DNA of 62,782 nt, the filler included, from Nemertoderma westbladi (Eukaryota; Animalia; Xenacoelomorpha), in NCBI GenBank assembly GCA_032718475.1. It is 4 parts of 4 records of this genome, joined end to end, with 100 filler letters (N's around TTAATTAATTAA, not from the genome) between each part and the next. Parts side by side here need not be neighbours in the genome. Positions count along the whole stretch, not along the records: positions 1 to 18,460 come from JAUCBJ010003118.1; 3 more parts are not named here. One strand, written 5' to 3'. Positions 1 through 11,231 of this stretch are shown piece after piece. A program made the position numbers and the translations under genes. The notes below the pieces were generated by a model. The model saw only the letters and a list, made by a program, of their open reading frames with translations, ran no database searches and was not told where the DNA came from. Every line of letters begins with the position of its first letter. Positions within the stretch are counted from its first letter, which is position 1.

Positions 1-500
1 CCCAACCGAAGTACGCTATCCAATCACCACCCGGAGGGTAGTCCCAACCGAAGTACGCTATCCAATCACCACCCGGAGGGTAGTCCCAACCGAAGTACGC
101 TATCCAATCACCATCCCGGAGGGTAGTCCCAACCGAAGTACGCTATCCAATCACCACCCGGAGGGTAGTCCCAACCCAACCGAAGTACGCTATCCAATCA
201 CCACCCGGAGGGTAGTCCCAACCGAAGTACGCTATCCAATCACCACCCGGAGGGTAGTCCCAACCGAAGTACGCTATCCAATCACCACCCGGAGGGTAGT
301 CCCAACCGAAGTACGCTATCCAATCACCACCCGGAGGGTAGTCCCAACCGAAGTACGCTATCCAATCACCATCCGGAGGGTAGTCCCAACCGAAGTACGC
401 TATCCAATCACCACCCGGAGGGTAGTCCCAACCGAAGTACGCTATCCAATCACCATCCCGGAGGGTAGTCCCAACCGAAGTACGCTATCCAATCACCATC
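1..500. repeat. 42-bp minisatellite (CCCAACCGAAGTACGCTATCCAATCACCACCCGGAGGGTAGT), ~12 near-identical copies, truncated by the window edge; intronic in PACSIN
   Basis: Unit read directly; only small indels or substitutions between copies. Confidence 0.95.
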
Positions 501-607
501 CATCATGGGCAGGTTTGTTACTTTGATTATTATTACGCTCACGCTTGACGCCTCAGTATTGGTTGGGTCTTCCCATTTATAAATAATTGCAACAATGTAT
601 GGCTTAC

Positions 608-723
608 CTTAGAATATACAACATTCATGCACGTATGCTTAAGATCAAGATGAACATTGCAGACGCTATCAGCTTCATCCGTATAAGCCTTCCAAGCTCC
701 TTCACAAGTTCCATATTCAGGGC
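608..723 (-). CDS. PACSIN: PACSIN/syndapin coding exon 2 (F-BAR domain)
   Basis: Not in the ORF track. Minus strand reads ...taaatAG|GC CCT GAA TAT GGA...TCT AAG|GTAAGC, i.e. (G)PEYGTCEGAWKAYTDEADSVCNVHLDLKHTCMNVVYSK, matching the PACSIN KGPEYGT..AW motif. Its phase completes the G left by exon 1. Confidence 0.9.
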
Positions 724-1377
724 CTATTTATAAAAAAAATACTCCAAGATAAAACAAATCCAATTATAGACCTTTTACTTTACCTTATCAAAATTCAATA
801 TGAAAGAAAATATGTAGAATATTGTTGGTGTTGGTAAGTGAAATAAACTAATCTGAAAAGATCCATCCGATTTTCCGTCCAGGCGAAAAATATGAGGTTT
901 TCACTTTTCGATCGAACTTTTATTGAAATTTTATATATGACGGATTTGTAATTTTATGAATTTCTCCTTAAATCAAATCTGTTTAATAGGGATTATTTAT
1001 ATCGTATAACCTGTGCAGATACAAATTCGTTTTTTATTATGGATATTTTTAGCCTTTCCGTGACCTAGCTTTTTATTAAACACCTGGTATCATTCACATG
1101 GTGGTTAAACTGCGAAGTGAAATATAACAGCACTTTGTAATCTGCCATATGGGTCCGAAGTGCTTTTAAAGCCAATAACCTATGAAATTCCGCAAAATTT
1201 CTGATGACTTAGAGTTATGACTTGGTTACAGTTACATACCGTCACTACTTTCAGACTGTAACCAGCGAGTTTCAACAAAATAAACAAATGGAGATGCGCA
1301 AAACAAATAGGACCTCCCTTAAATTCCTCTGGCCAGAGTTGCAAAATGTTCAACTTTCTAAACATTGTCGCCAAAAT

Positions 1378-2260
1378 TGCGCCGCCACAACTCCCTACAT
1401 CCCCCATGACATTTGCGAGATTATCCGCATCCTCAACGCCAGTGTCCTTTTAAGAGGCGTCTCATAAAAAGTCATGGGCCTTTCGCCATGCTTATTCGTT
1501 CCATGAGGCCACCAGAGCATAATACTGGCACTGGGTCCTCACGGCGAAAGTAATGTCCTGCAAAGAAGAGACGTTACGGTTCAAGTGTCGAGTGATTGGA
1601 GATTGTTCATTGTAATTGACACAATTAACCCGGCGCAGCATTCTTGTATAAGTGTCATTCAGAGATTTGGTATCATCTGCAGTTAGAGTCCGTTTTATTG
1701 CATGGGACTTCCAAATCCAGGTCAAATTATTCAATGCTACCCATGCCTTACCATTACGTATCCGAAGGTCTTTAGCTCCACCTGACTTCCGGATCCATGA
1801 TCCCAAGTAGTAGCAGTCACCCACATATGCTCAAGCAAGCGAACCCGTGAGCTTATGGCCTTACGATCAGACACTCATTAGGCTGTCAAGGTTCACTGTT
1901 ATAATTTTGGTCTTTCTTGGAGTGTACAAAAAGACCAACACACTAGAAGTAACCTGCTCCAATGAGCAAAATAGCTTTTGGCTACCTCTAGATTCTGACA
2001 TTACCGAACACCTTAAGTCATCATCTTTTCTGGATTTCATCTACTTGCAGCTATCGAGAATAATGAGATTCTACGAACCCGTATGCTGTTAGGTTGGCCT
2101 TCTATGGGGCAGTAACGAACTTATTCGTTTTCATTTCTACTCTCTTTTTCCTATACATGTCCACAATAATAGGATGAATGAGCTCAAAACACATAGTATT
2201 TATAAAGACTTCAGGGGGAACACCATCTACTCCACTGGCACGATTAGTGTTGATGCATTG
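1378..2260 (-). mobile_element. Degenerate, internally deleted RTE-like LINE (family A) copy
   Basis: YLGSWI...IRNGKAWVALNNL..IWKS and YTRMLRR; nucleotide similarity to 3085-3420, 3990-4450 and 5010-5070. Confidence 0.8.
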
Positions 2261-2830
2261 CATTATATCCAGACACACAGGGTAGAATTCGAAATAGAGT
2301 GAGTCTTTACAATATTACAGTATCACGGTACTGCTGGCTGTTAGTAATCCTCTAATTCTAATTGGCTAATTTATCAGTCCGCTGTTTGTAGTAACCTACA
2401 AAAGATGGACTCTGATTGAAAATTATTGTACTGTGCGTGTACTGTACTTACTCTCATATTGCTGTAATATAGAAACATAATGTTTTCCAAATCATCCTAT
2501 CCTGTATTAAGCCTATCTAGCTAGGCTAGCAAAGGCCAGTTTAGTTTGCACCAATGAAACTAGAAGTAAAATTACAGTAATATAAACGGATTAGGCCTTT
2601 TGCTCGTACAATACAACGAGTTGCTGTACTGTTAGTTGTGCCGTGCAGTGCAGGCTTCTCTGTTGTTGCGAGAATGCATGTGTTTTAAACGGTACTGTCT
2701 GTTTTCATTAGGTTGATCCAATTTTTAATTATGTTAGGCCTATAAAAGAAAGTATCAGTTTCGAAAGATTTACAATTCTTGAGGTTAAAGTTTGAAGCAC
2801 TTAGCTCTGGTACTGGCAATGTGCACACTT

Positions 2831-2954
2831 CCCAGTGAAAAATTAGCATAAAAATCGCAATAAATAGACAGATAGATTAAGCATAGCGGTAATTATCAAT
2901 AGACTGCCGCATTATTATCATCACATTCGATTCGCAGGAGCATTTTTCACTGGC
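2831..2954. mobile_element. Small MITE with CCCAG-type ends (EnSpm/CMC-like)
   Basis: CCAGTGAAAAAT / ATTTTTCACTGG inverted repeat flanked by TT on both sides. Confidence 0.45.
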
Positions 2955-3429
2955 TTACTGCACCGTTATCTATTATTATCCGTGAGAGGGCACAAGCCAT
3001 ACTACTACTACTACTACTACTAGGATCGGCATGCTGCATTGCAGCTGCATTTTTAAGAATGCTGTGCCGGCTTGTCGACAAAATTGCGCCACCACAACTC
3101 CCTATCACCCATGACATTTGCTAGATCATCCGCATCTTCAAGGCCAGTGTCCTTTAAGATGCGTCTCAAGAAAGTCATGGGCTGTCCACCATGCTTATTC
3201 AGTGAATAAGCATGGTGGACATGGAGTGAATAATATTCACTCCATGAGGCTGCCAAAGTACAAGATTATGCACTGGCTGGTCCTCACGGCGAAAGCAATG
3301 TCCTGCAAAGCGGAGGCGATTTTGTTCTAGTGTCAAGCTTGGGGGAACCAATGAGACACCTCCAATGTTATATTAGTGTCTGGTTGGAGATGTGTGCATT
3401 GTACTTGACACAATGAACCCGGCGTAGAT

Positions 3430-3990
3430 AGATAGATATAATTATTTATACATTATGTAAAAACAATAACAAATACACCAAACAATGTACCGGTATAAAG
3501 GTATTGTCCAACATAACATATAGGATTACCCCTAAAGCTTTGCAGCTTATTTCCAAGGGGGTCCTTTATGTTACTTGGTTACAAATACAATATTACACTA
3601 CGCTAACATAAAACCAATATAAACGTAATTACACTATGTACATGTACAATTGTACAACTTTACCGAGAGCGTGACAATGCCCGACTCAACGATAAAGATG
3701 TAATGTACAGAACAATTTATTATAAAACGTAATTACAGTATAAATAGTAAATAATTAATAAACTAATAACTTACTGTAGGACTATTGTACCTATTTTTAC
3801 ATTGCACACGGAGGTAAGATTTAACTGCAGATTTAAAAGAATGTGGATTATCTAGGTTTTTAATTTCATTCGGCAGAGCGTTCCAATTTTTAATACCGTT
3901 AAAAAAGAAAGTATCAGATTCGAAGGATTTGCAATTCGGGAGGTAGAAGTTTGAAGCACTAGCTCTGGTACTGCACTAGCTCTGGTGCTG
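3430..3990 (-). mobile_element. 3' fragment of a CR1/L2-group LINE inserted into the RTE copy
   Basis: Minus strand encodes ...FFFNGIKNWNALPNEIK, the typical WN.LP C-terminal motif; a partial copy lies at 2740-2820. Confidence 0.55.
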
Positions 3991-5347
3991 GCGTAGCATT
4001 CTTGTGAATGTGCCATCCAGAGATTTGGTGTCCTCAGCAGTTAGAGCCCAGCACGGACTCCCATAGAGGAGTACTGGAACTACTGTTGCTCTAAATAATC
4101 GGACCTTAAGTTTCCGATTAATTCTCGGTGACTTCCAAATCCTGGAAAGCCTATTCAAGGCTGCCCATACCTTTCCCTTACGTATTCGAAGGTCCTCACC
4201 TGACTTCCGGATCCATGACCCCAGGTAACAAAAGTCGTCCACATGCTCAAGCATACCATCCTTTGAGCTTATGCTCATCCGGTCAGAGACTTGCTGAGGA
4301 CTTTCAAAGTTAACTGTCAAAATTTCTTTCTGGAGTTAATAAAAAGACCAATACTAGAAGCAACATGTTCTAATGAGCTGAGGAGCCGTTGGGCTCCCTC
4401 TTGTGATTCTGAGAGTACTCCTAAGTCATCAGCAAAGTCTAGATCAGTTAGGTACTTGGCATGATTTCCTCGACTTCTGGAGCCAGTAGGTGGAGTTATC
4501 ATAGCCCCATCATCATTATGATGATCTAAGGACATGCGTAGAACATAGTCAACCACAATTATGAACAAGAATGGCTCAAGTGTGTCTCCCTGGAGGACGC
4601 CCCATAACACTTCAAATGGTTCTGTGTCACCGTCAACAGTAGACACAAATGTTGTCGAACCATCGTATACTGATCTGATTGCTGCAATAATTTCATCAGG
4701 AATCCAATATAATGAAAGTATGCTGAACATATGTGAGCGAGAGACTGAATCAAAGGCCTGAAAAAGTCAACAAAGATAACAGCCAGATGCCTGTCTTTCT
4801 TTTTTGATAACTCTTCAATTATCCTTCTAAGTGCCAAAATGGGCTCCATGGTCCCACGACCTTTACGGAACCCATTCTGATTTCCACGGAGCAGGTTCTC
4901 AATGGGGTCTCTGATGCGATTTAATATAATTCCATTGTATAGCTTTGCAGCAATCGAGACATATCGTACACGTACATGTTTAGTCTACTATGATGGAATA
5001 GATGAGCTTTAAACACTCAGGTATTTTAAAGACCTAAGGGGGAACACCATCTACTCCACTGGCACGATTGGTCTTAATGCTCTTTGCAGCAGCCTTCACT
5101 TCTGCAAAGGAGATATCGCCAATGGGGATATCTGGGAATACAGACTCAGACACTTTTACTTATATAGAGTTATCAGGCAATACCCTGTCATTATTGAGGA
5201 GCTTTTCAAAGTGGGCCTTCCAACCATTGAGGCGATCGGCTGGTGATTCAGCCTTAACCTTGGTGGTTGGTTGGATTTTCCGACCAGTAAGCAAGTTGAT
5301 CAATTTCCATGCCTGGGATGATTGCATGCTGTCGTCAGCATCAGCAA

Positions 5348-5510
5348 GGCGGGGTAGCTCAGTTGGTTGAGCGCCGGGCCTGCAATCTATTGGTTGTAGG
5401 TTCAGCCCCGCCAGGGTCCACTCAGCCTTTCCTCCACTGGGGTCGATGAAATTAGTACCAGTTAAGCAACTGGGAGCAAATCTTGGGATAGGAGTAGCAC
5501 CCACCCCTAC
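5348..5510 (+). mobile_element. tRNA-derived SINE with a conserved central core
   Basis: A box TAGCTCAGTTGG, B-box-like GGTTCAGCCCC, then ACTCAGCCTTTCCTCC...GGTCGATGAAATTAGTACC, resembling the core I recall from Sauria-type SINEs. Confidence 0.7.
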
Positions 5511-5822
5511 CCTAGGGTAGCAGCTATCGAAAGAGGAGCCTTCAGGTCGCCTCCGGCTTCGGTCGACTGTTTGCTTGCTTTCTGCGCCTTATATAGGTCA
5601 TTTCGGCACTTCTGAATTTTGTTGTCAGACCAGGGGGCCCTTTTCCTGTTTCGAGGGTATACAGGAACTGCTTCTGTGAAGGCAGTATAGCCCTCACAGT
5701 GATCTGCCGCCTCAGAGGCAAGAACCTCATACCTGTTGCTCAGCTGTAGTGTGAAGCTGGATCTCACACTTGGCTGTTGCAACAGGGAGGACCAGTCATG
5801 CCACGGCAAGGCAGATTTCGTT

Positions 5823-7439
5823 GTGGGGCGAGCCACGAAGTGAGTGAGCCTTAGCGTAGTGGTACCATTAATCAACCTGTCGTTCTGTCGCGTCCAATTT
5901 TAAACGTTAATAACTTTGATGAAATCTATCCAAACTTGGTACACATGTTGTTTGGCAAAAGTTTAGAAATTTTCCAAGTAGAATTTCCGTGTGGCCTTCG
6001 AGAAGCTAAGATAATAGCAGTTAATTTGTTAATTAAGTTGATTACGGTAAAAACACCATTTTCAACCTGCCTTTTAAAGGAAATTAATTGTTTTACAGTA
6101 TAAGATTTAAATAATTATACTTAAAAATTATACAGATGTAATCCACATACGCCATTCTATTATAGTTTTTAATTAGTTCAAGTGATTTGCTTTATTAATT
6201 GTGTCTTTAATTGATCTAAAGTAATTAAAACGTCATAAAAAATTGATTCTCATTAAATACTGCTCATTTATTGGCTAACATGCTGGTACGATGGAAGGAT
6301 GTGTGTGTAAGGCAGCTATTTGCTGGGAATGATTATTGGTCAAGTCTCTGCTGGTGTGGAGCTAGCTGGCTTGGAGTTGTGGCTGTAGACTAACCAGAGA
6401 GGAATTGTACTGTAATAGGCAACCAGTATTGCTATTCCAGCCCAGACATCATTCTTGAAATCCAACATCCCAACATCCTTCCTGTATTGACTCTACTATA
6501 AGTGTTGTATTGCTATCTCAGGTAAATGACAGATATAATCACATAAATACAATCCATGGCATGGCTGTTGTGTAGGCTTCTGAAATAGTTTATTCCACAA
6601 TGTATATGTCTGGTTATTTTTTAATTGAATTTTTGCAAAGTAGTAAAATTAATGTTCTTAAAAATAATATTATTATTTTATATGTAACCTAGGAAATTAG
6701 CTACATTTTTTCGCTGCAGCTTTAAGAGTGTACATTGATTTAATATTATTTCAATACCCATATTACTACATCGGCATAAGATGCGTTGGCGTTGTATCAC
6801 ACATCTCCACATATCACACATCTCCACATAGATGTATCAACAGTTACTCGCACAGTTTCGAAACTTCGCATAGTTATAACTGTATAAAGATCGTCAGTCT
6901 GCGTTTAGGAAAAATATTTTATGACAAAACAGGACAAGCGACCAGCGCAACGAGGCATATAATGAAGACGAGTACTGCGTTGACTAAATTGTTATATAAA
7001 CCACCTGGCTTCACATATTGATCGCATCCCTAGTTATTATTATTATAAAGATCGTCGTAGCCTGCGTTTAAGAAATATATTTAAATACAAAACAGGACGA
7101 ACGCAAAGAGGCTTATAATGAAAACGAGTAGTGCGTTTATTATATTCCTATAAACCACCTGGCTTTGCATATTTAACGTGCGATTGGAAATAAGTTCGTG
7201 CTACCCTTCCGTGGGTGGTAGATGTCGCGGTTATGTATTGGTGGGTGGGGGGAGGGGGAGGGGGGGGGGGGGGGGGGGGGTGTGCAGATTAAAAGGGGTG
7301 AACACGTACTGTCCCCCTTTCTTTGATTAATTGGTGGTGTGGGTTAATATCTCATAACCTGATTTTGTGATACAGTCGCACAATTTTAATTTGTATCTCA
7401 TAACTGGGCCTCGTGCTGCGCGAAGGCCCCACGAACGTG
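5823..7439 (+). mobile_element. Non-autonomous Helentron/DINE-like element inserted at TT in the RTE LINE
   Basis: Ends GTGGGGCGAG... and ...GCCCCACGAACGTG match the copy at 54201-54816; removing it restores the in-frame LINE sequence RLSLRASRTKSALPWHDW. Confidence 0.65.
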
Positions 7440-7855
7440 TTCTGCTAGCACGCAGACTAAGTCTTACCTTGGCCACAATAAGGCGGTGATCACTGGAGAA
7501 GGGTTGAAGTGTAAATGCATTACAGTCTTGTATAGAGCTCCTGTACTATTTCCTATGAAACAGAATATGGTCTATCTGGGACTTGGGACAACTGGGTCCA
7601 CTATGAGTCCATAGCTTTCCAGTTCGCTCCTTGAACTGGGTTCCAGCCGAAAACAATCCATTTCCAGAGATAAAATCCTGAAGATGGACGGAATTTCGGT
7701 TAACACTATTGCTATAGACCCAGGGCGATGTAGGTGATTGATGCAGACTTCGACTTGCATTAAAGTCTCCCAGGAATGTTAAGAAAGCATGCTGTGATGA
7801 TCCACTCCATCAGTAGCTGCTTGTAGATTGTGGTAGAAATTTCCCACCTCCTCTA

Positions 7856-8443
7856 CAGGGGCAATACTAGTTGGAGAGTAGCACACAATCAGAACCACCT
7901 TATGAAACTTCTTAGCCAGTCTTCCAGAACATGAGAAGTGGCAACGGATGATGCGGTTGGAGATTTGGTCTATTTTGTCCAATGCTGCATGTGCAGTTGG
8001 ATTCATCAAATATACCAATTCCACTATTGCCAATATCATCTGCTGACGCAGGGGCAATACTAGTTGGAGAGTAGCACACAATCAGAACCACCTTAGGAAA
8101 CTTCTTAGCCAGTCTTCCAGAACATGAGAAGTGGCAACGGATGATGCGGTTAGAGATTTGGTCTATTTTGTCCAATGCTGCATATGCAGTTGGATTCATC
8201 AAATAGACCAATTCCACTATTGCCAATATCATCTGCTGACGCAGGGGCAATACTAGTTGGAGAGTAGCACACAATCAGAACCACCTTAGGAAACTTCTTA
8301 GCCAGTCTTCCAGAACATGCTGACATGAGAAGTGGCAACGGATGATGCGGTTAGAGATTTGGTCTATTTTGTCCAATGCTGCATGTGCAGTTGGATTCAT
8401 CAATAGACCAATTCCACCATTGCCACTATCATCTGCTGACGCA
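7856..8443. repeat. Tandem triplication of ~193 bp within the LINE endonuclease region
   Basis: AGGGGCAATACTAGTTGGAGAG recurs at 7856, 8050 and 8243. Confidence 0.9.
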
Positions 8444-8895
8444 AGGGCGAGTCGCCAGCCGCCCCAATGTCCTTAATCAGAACCTCACCAGTCTGTCCAG
8501 TCTGCATTCGGTGCTCTTGAACACCCACTGCGCTAAGAGAAAGCTTATATTAAGGATATTATAATAAGGATAGTCCATCTTTTGTAAGTAACAATAACAC
8601 CCAAAGAGCGGACTGAGATATTAGCAAATTCAGCAATTAGCGAATTAGGGGATTACTAACAGCAAACTCCCTTTGAACCAGGTTAAAGCGATTGAGTAAT
8701 TCTGTAATTGGAAAACAATATTCCAGCCCCAGTCCACACCGTTTGTAGGTAGCTAAAATTAGCGGACTTCACGATTAGATAGCGATAATTCAAATTTACC
8801 GCCTGGATTTCATTGCATTGATTGACAGTCCGCACCGCAGTATAATATGAATAGATAATAAATAGACCTACTAGAATGTTGTAATATAAATAAAC

Positions 8896-9136
8896 CTTTA
8901 TCTATTGAATCCTGCCATTTCTTTGACCAATTACGTAAACTCTTAGCATATGTCTTCTCTATATCACATCGCTCTTGCACCATAGTCATTAGATCACTGC
9001 AGAGTCTATGACCATCTTCAATGCGTTTAATAGTCCGTCGATATTGACCGATTTCCCAAAAGCTATTACTTGAGTTCGAGAGTTCTTGTGTGCTTCCAGT
9101 ATCAGTGGCAGTAGCTCCAAAATCAGTTTCCGCCAT
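8896..9136 (-). CDS. PACSIN: PACSIN/syndapin coding exon 1 (F-BAR N-terminus)
   Basis: SFWEIGQYRRTIKRIEDGHRLCSDLM..VQER..IEK.YAK.L..WSKKW is the PACSIN F-BAR signature. GT donor at 8895 after AAA G gives a 241-nt phase-1 exon; the rest of ORF 8810-9136 is intron read-through. Confidence 0.93.
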
Positions 9137-10151
9137 TATTCAATACTACTATAGTACTATTTACTTCAGGTAATTCTGTAATTATTGAAGTAAAAACAAG
9201 TACCGGTATGTAAACAGGGTTTTACCCTATGCTGCTATGTATGAAGCAACTGCAAACTGAAATAACTGACTAACTATCAAGAACAACAACTGAAGAAGGT
9301 AAGGTACCACCGGTCATTAGATATATTCTGTAACTAGGCCAGGCCCCTACTGTAAATACTTAAATAGGTACCGGTAAATAAATACAAGTAAAATCAGTCC
9401 CCGTATGAAATACCCTCAGACCCTAGGGTATTCTCACTCACAGCGTCACAGGCTACTAGCAGACTAGGCTGCTAGGAGTGCATTTTCCCTCGTGTATTTT
9501 AAACACCCTCCAGTGAAAACTCAACAGCTCAACCCTGCATTTATCAATTTTCACTCTGTGCAAATCCATCCCCGGTTAAATTTCCCTAGTCTGCTAGTGT
9601 ATTCTCACTTCCGCTCCCCCATTTCCGATTCCATATTCTTAGTTCAGTAGTTCTTACCCCTGTACCCCCATCTGCCCATGTTGCCTTGTCATGATATTTT
9701 AAATTGCAATATTAATTTAAATGCGATACCGGTAGGGTATACTGGCATATATACAGCCTACCCACTCATACGCCTGTACGCCATACAGCAGTACAGACAG
9801 CTAGGCCTATATCTTATATCTCTGTATCTATGCAGTACGACAGCTGTACGAGTACAGCCATATCTCATAGCCTATCTACTGATCTATGCAGTACGAGTAC
9901 TGGAGTACAGCCATCTATCCCATACACTGATACAGCTCCATACATCGACTGCTGGAGCTGGACTGGCACCGCAGCACCGGTCTGCCGGTAATCCATGGCA
10001 GCATGGTAAACATAAATACAGAATTGGACTACCGGTCAGCCGGTACCTCAGTACCTATACCAGTATACTGCAGTACTGCTGCATGCAGGCATGTACCGGT
10101 AATTTAGCTTAACAGCCTGGGCTATCGCAGTACCGGTAATCAGCAGGAACA

Positions 10152-11131
10152 GAGGTACAACAGTCCATGTGCAAAATGCGTAAATCTGATAGGTGAAAAA
10201 TAGGTAAGAGGTGAAAATATGCAAGCATGGTGTTGTATGTAATATAAACATAGAACATGATGCAATAATCGTAATTCTTTATTTTCTTTGAAAATAGTTT
10301 TGCCAGTAACAACAAATACAAACAAAGAGTTACAAATAGTACCGGTAACAAGTAAATGAAATAAATGATGAAGATATTTATATCCGCCTATTGGATCAAT
10401 TTGAGCATGCAGATAGTCGCTTTTGTTGCTGTTGTTCGGAACTCTTTTTTTAAGTCTATACTGTATGTTTAACGAAGATTAATTTAATGTTTTTGGAGAT
10501 GCTGCGGCTAGCTTTGACAATTTGATGCATTGCAATCTATAAGTTATAAAAGCTAACCACCATCACCAGTTTTCAATCCTATATCAAAGACTCCAACAGG
10601 AATTATGTGTTCCCAAGCACCTCTTATGGTCAACATGATGGGAACACTTAAATCCGATGACAATATTTTTAAAACTCCAAAGAAAATATTAACTTGTAGA
10701 AATACAGTATAACTGTTAATGGAACAATATAATTTTACTGTTGTATGTGTTGTGTACTGTATCTGTAAACGTACAATATTTAAAAACATAATAAATTGGA
10801 TAATCGTGATCGATAAGCGAAACAGAAACACATAAATAAGATGCTTTATTGAAAAAGTAATGTATAGTAGGCTATATTGGAGTGGTATTATTGTAGAGAT
10901 TACAAAAGTTTAAAGCTACAAAAAAGAAAATAAATTTACATTGTTTAAAGTCGAATGGTTTACGAAAGTCTATTAGGAGAAGCATCAATTAAAAAATGTT
11001 CTATCAAATCAAATATGACATGTGCCTTGCCAAAATATATCCAGTCACTTACACATTTTTCTCACAACATCTCAAGAGTTACATATTTTTCACCTATCAG
11101 ATTTACACATTTTACATTTGGACTGTACCCC
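10152..11131. mobile_element. MITE-like element with ~60-bp imperfect terminal inverted repeats
   Basis: GGTAC..AGTCCA..GTAAATCTGATAGGTGAAAAATA on the left is mirrored by TATTTTTCACCTATCAGATTTAC...TGGACTGTACC on the right; TSD not resolved. Confidence 0.55.
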
Positions 11132-11231
11132 TTCTCGACTAACAGACCAGATACAAACCAGATACAGCAAAAGCAGATACCAGAACACAATAAAGTCTGG
11201 TTAATAAAGGGTCGAAAGAATAAAAGCTTAA

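Larger units (their letters stand above)
3000..8520 (-). mobile_element. RTE-like LINE (family A) ORF2 pseudogene (APE + RT) with (TAG)n 3' tail, interrupted by several insertions
   Basis: APE remnants (IVCYSPT, SDHRLIVAKVRLSL); RT remnants (QNGFRKGR, GVLQGDTL.PFLF, DFADDL, YLGSWI); (ACT)n at 3001-3021 is (TAG)n on the minus strand. Confidence 0.88.

Noticed and set aside
1-500. CRISPR-like array
   Set aside because: Contiguous identical units with no unique spacers, no cas genes, eukaryotic intron
5348-5420. Functional tRNA gene (also 29618-29690 and 47722-47795)
   Set aside because: A/B boxes present but no complete cloverleaf; followed by SINE-type sequence
8810-8895. C-terminal part of the 108-aa ORF
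   Set aside because: Intron read-through past the GT donor at 8895
9176-9660. PACSIN 5' UTR exon and promoter (AG at 9176-9177, GTGAGT at 9436-9441 on the minus strand)
   Set aside because: Plausible splice signals but unsupported without transcript data
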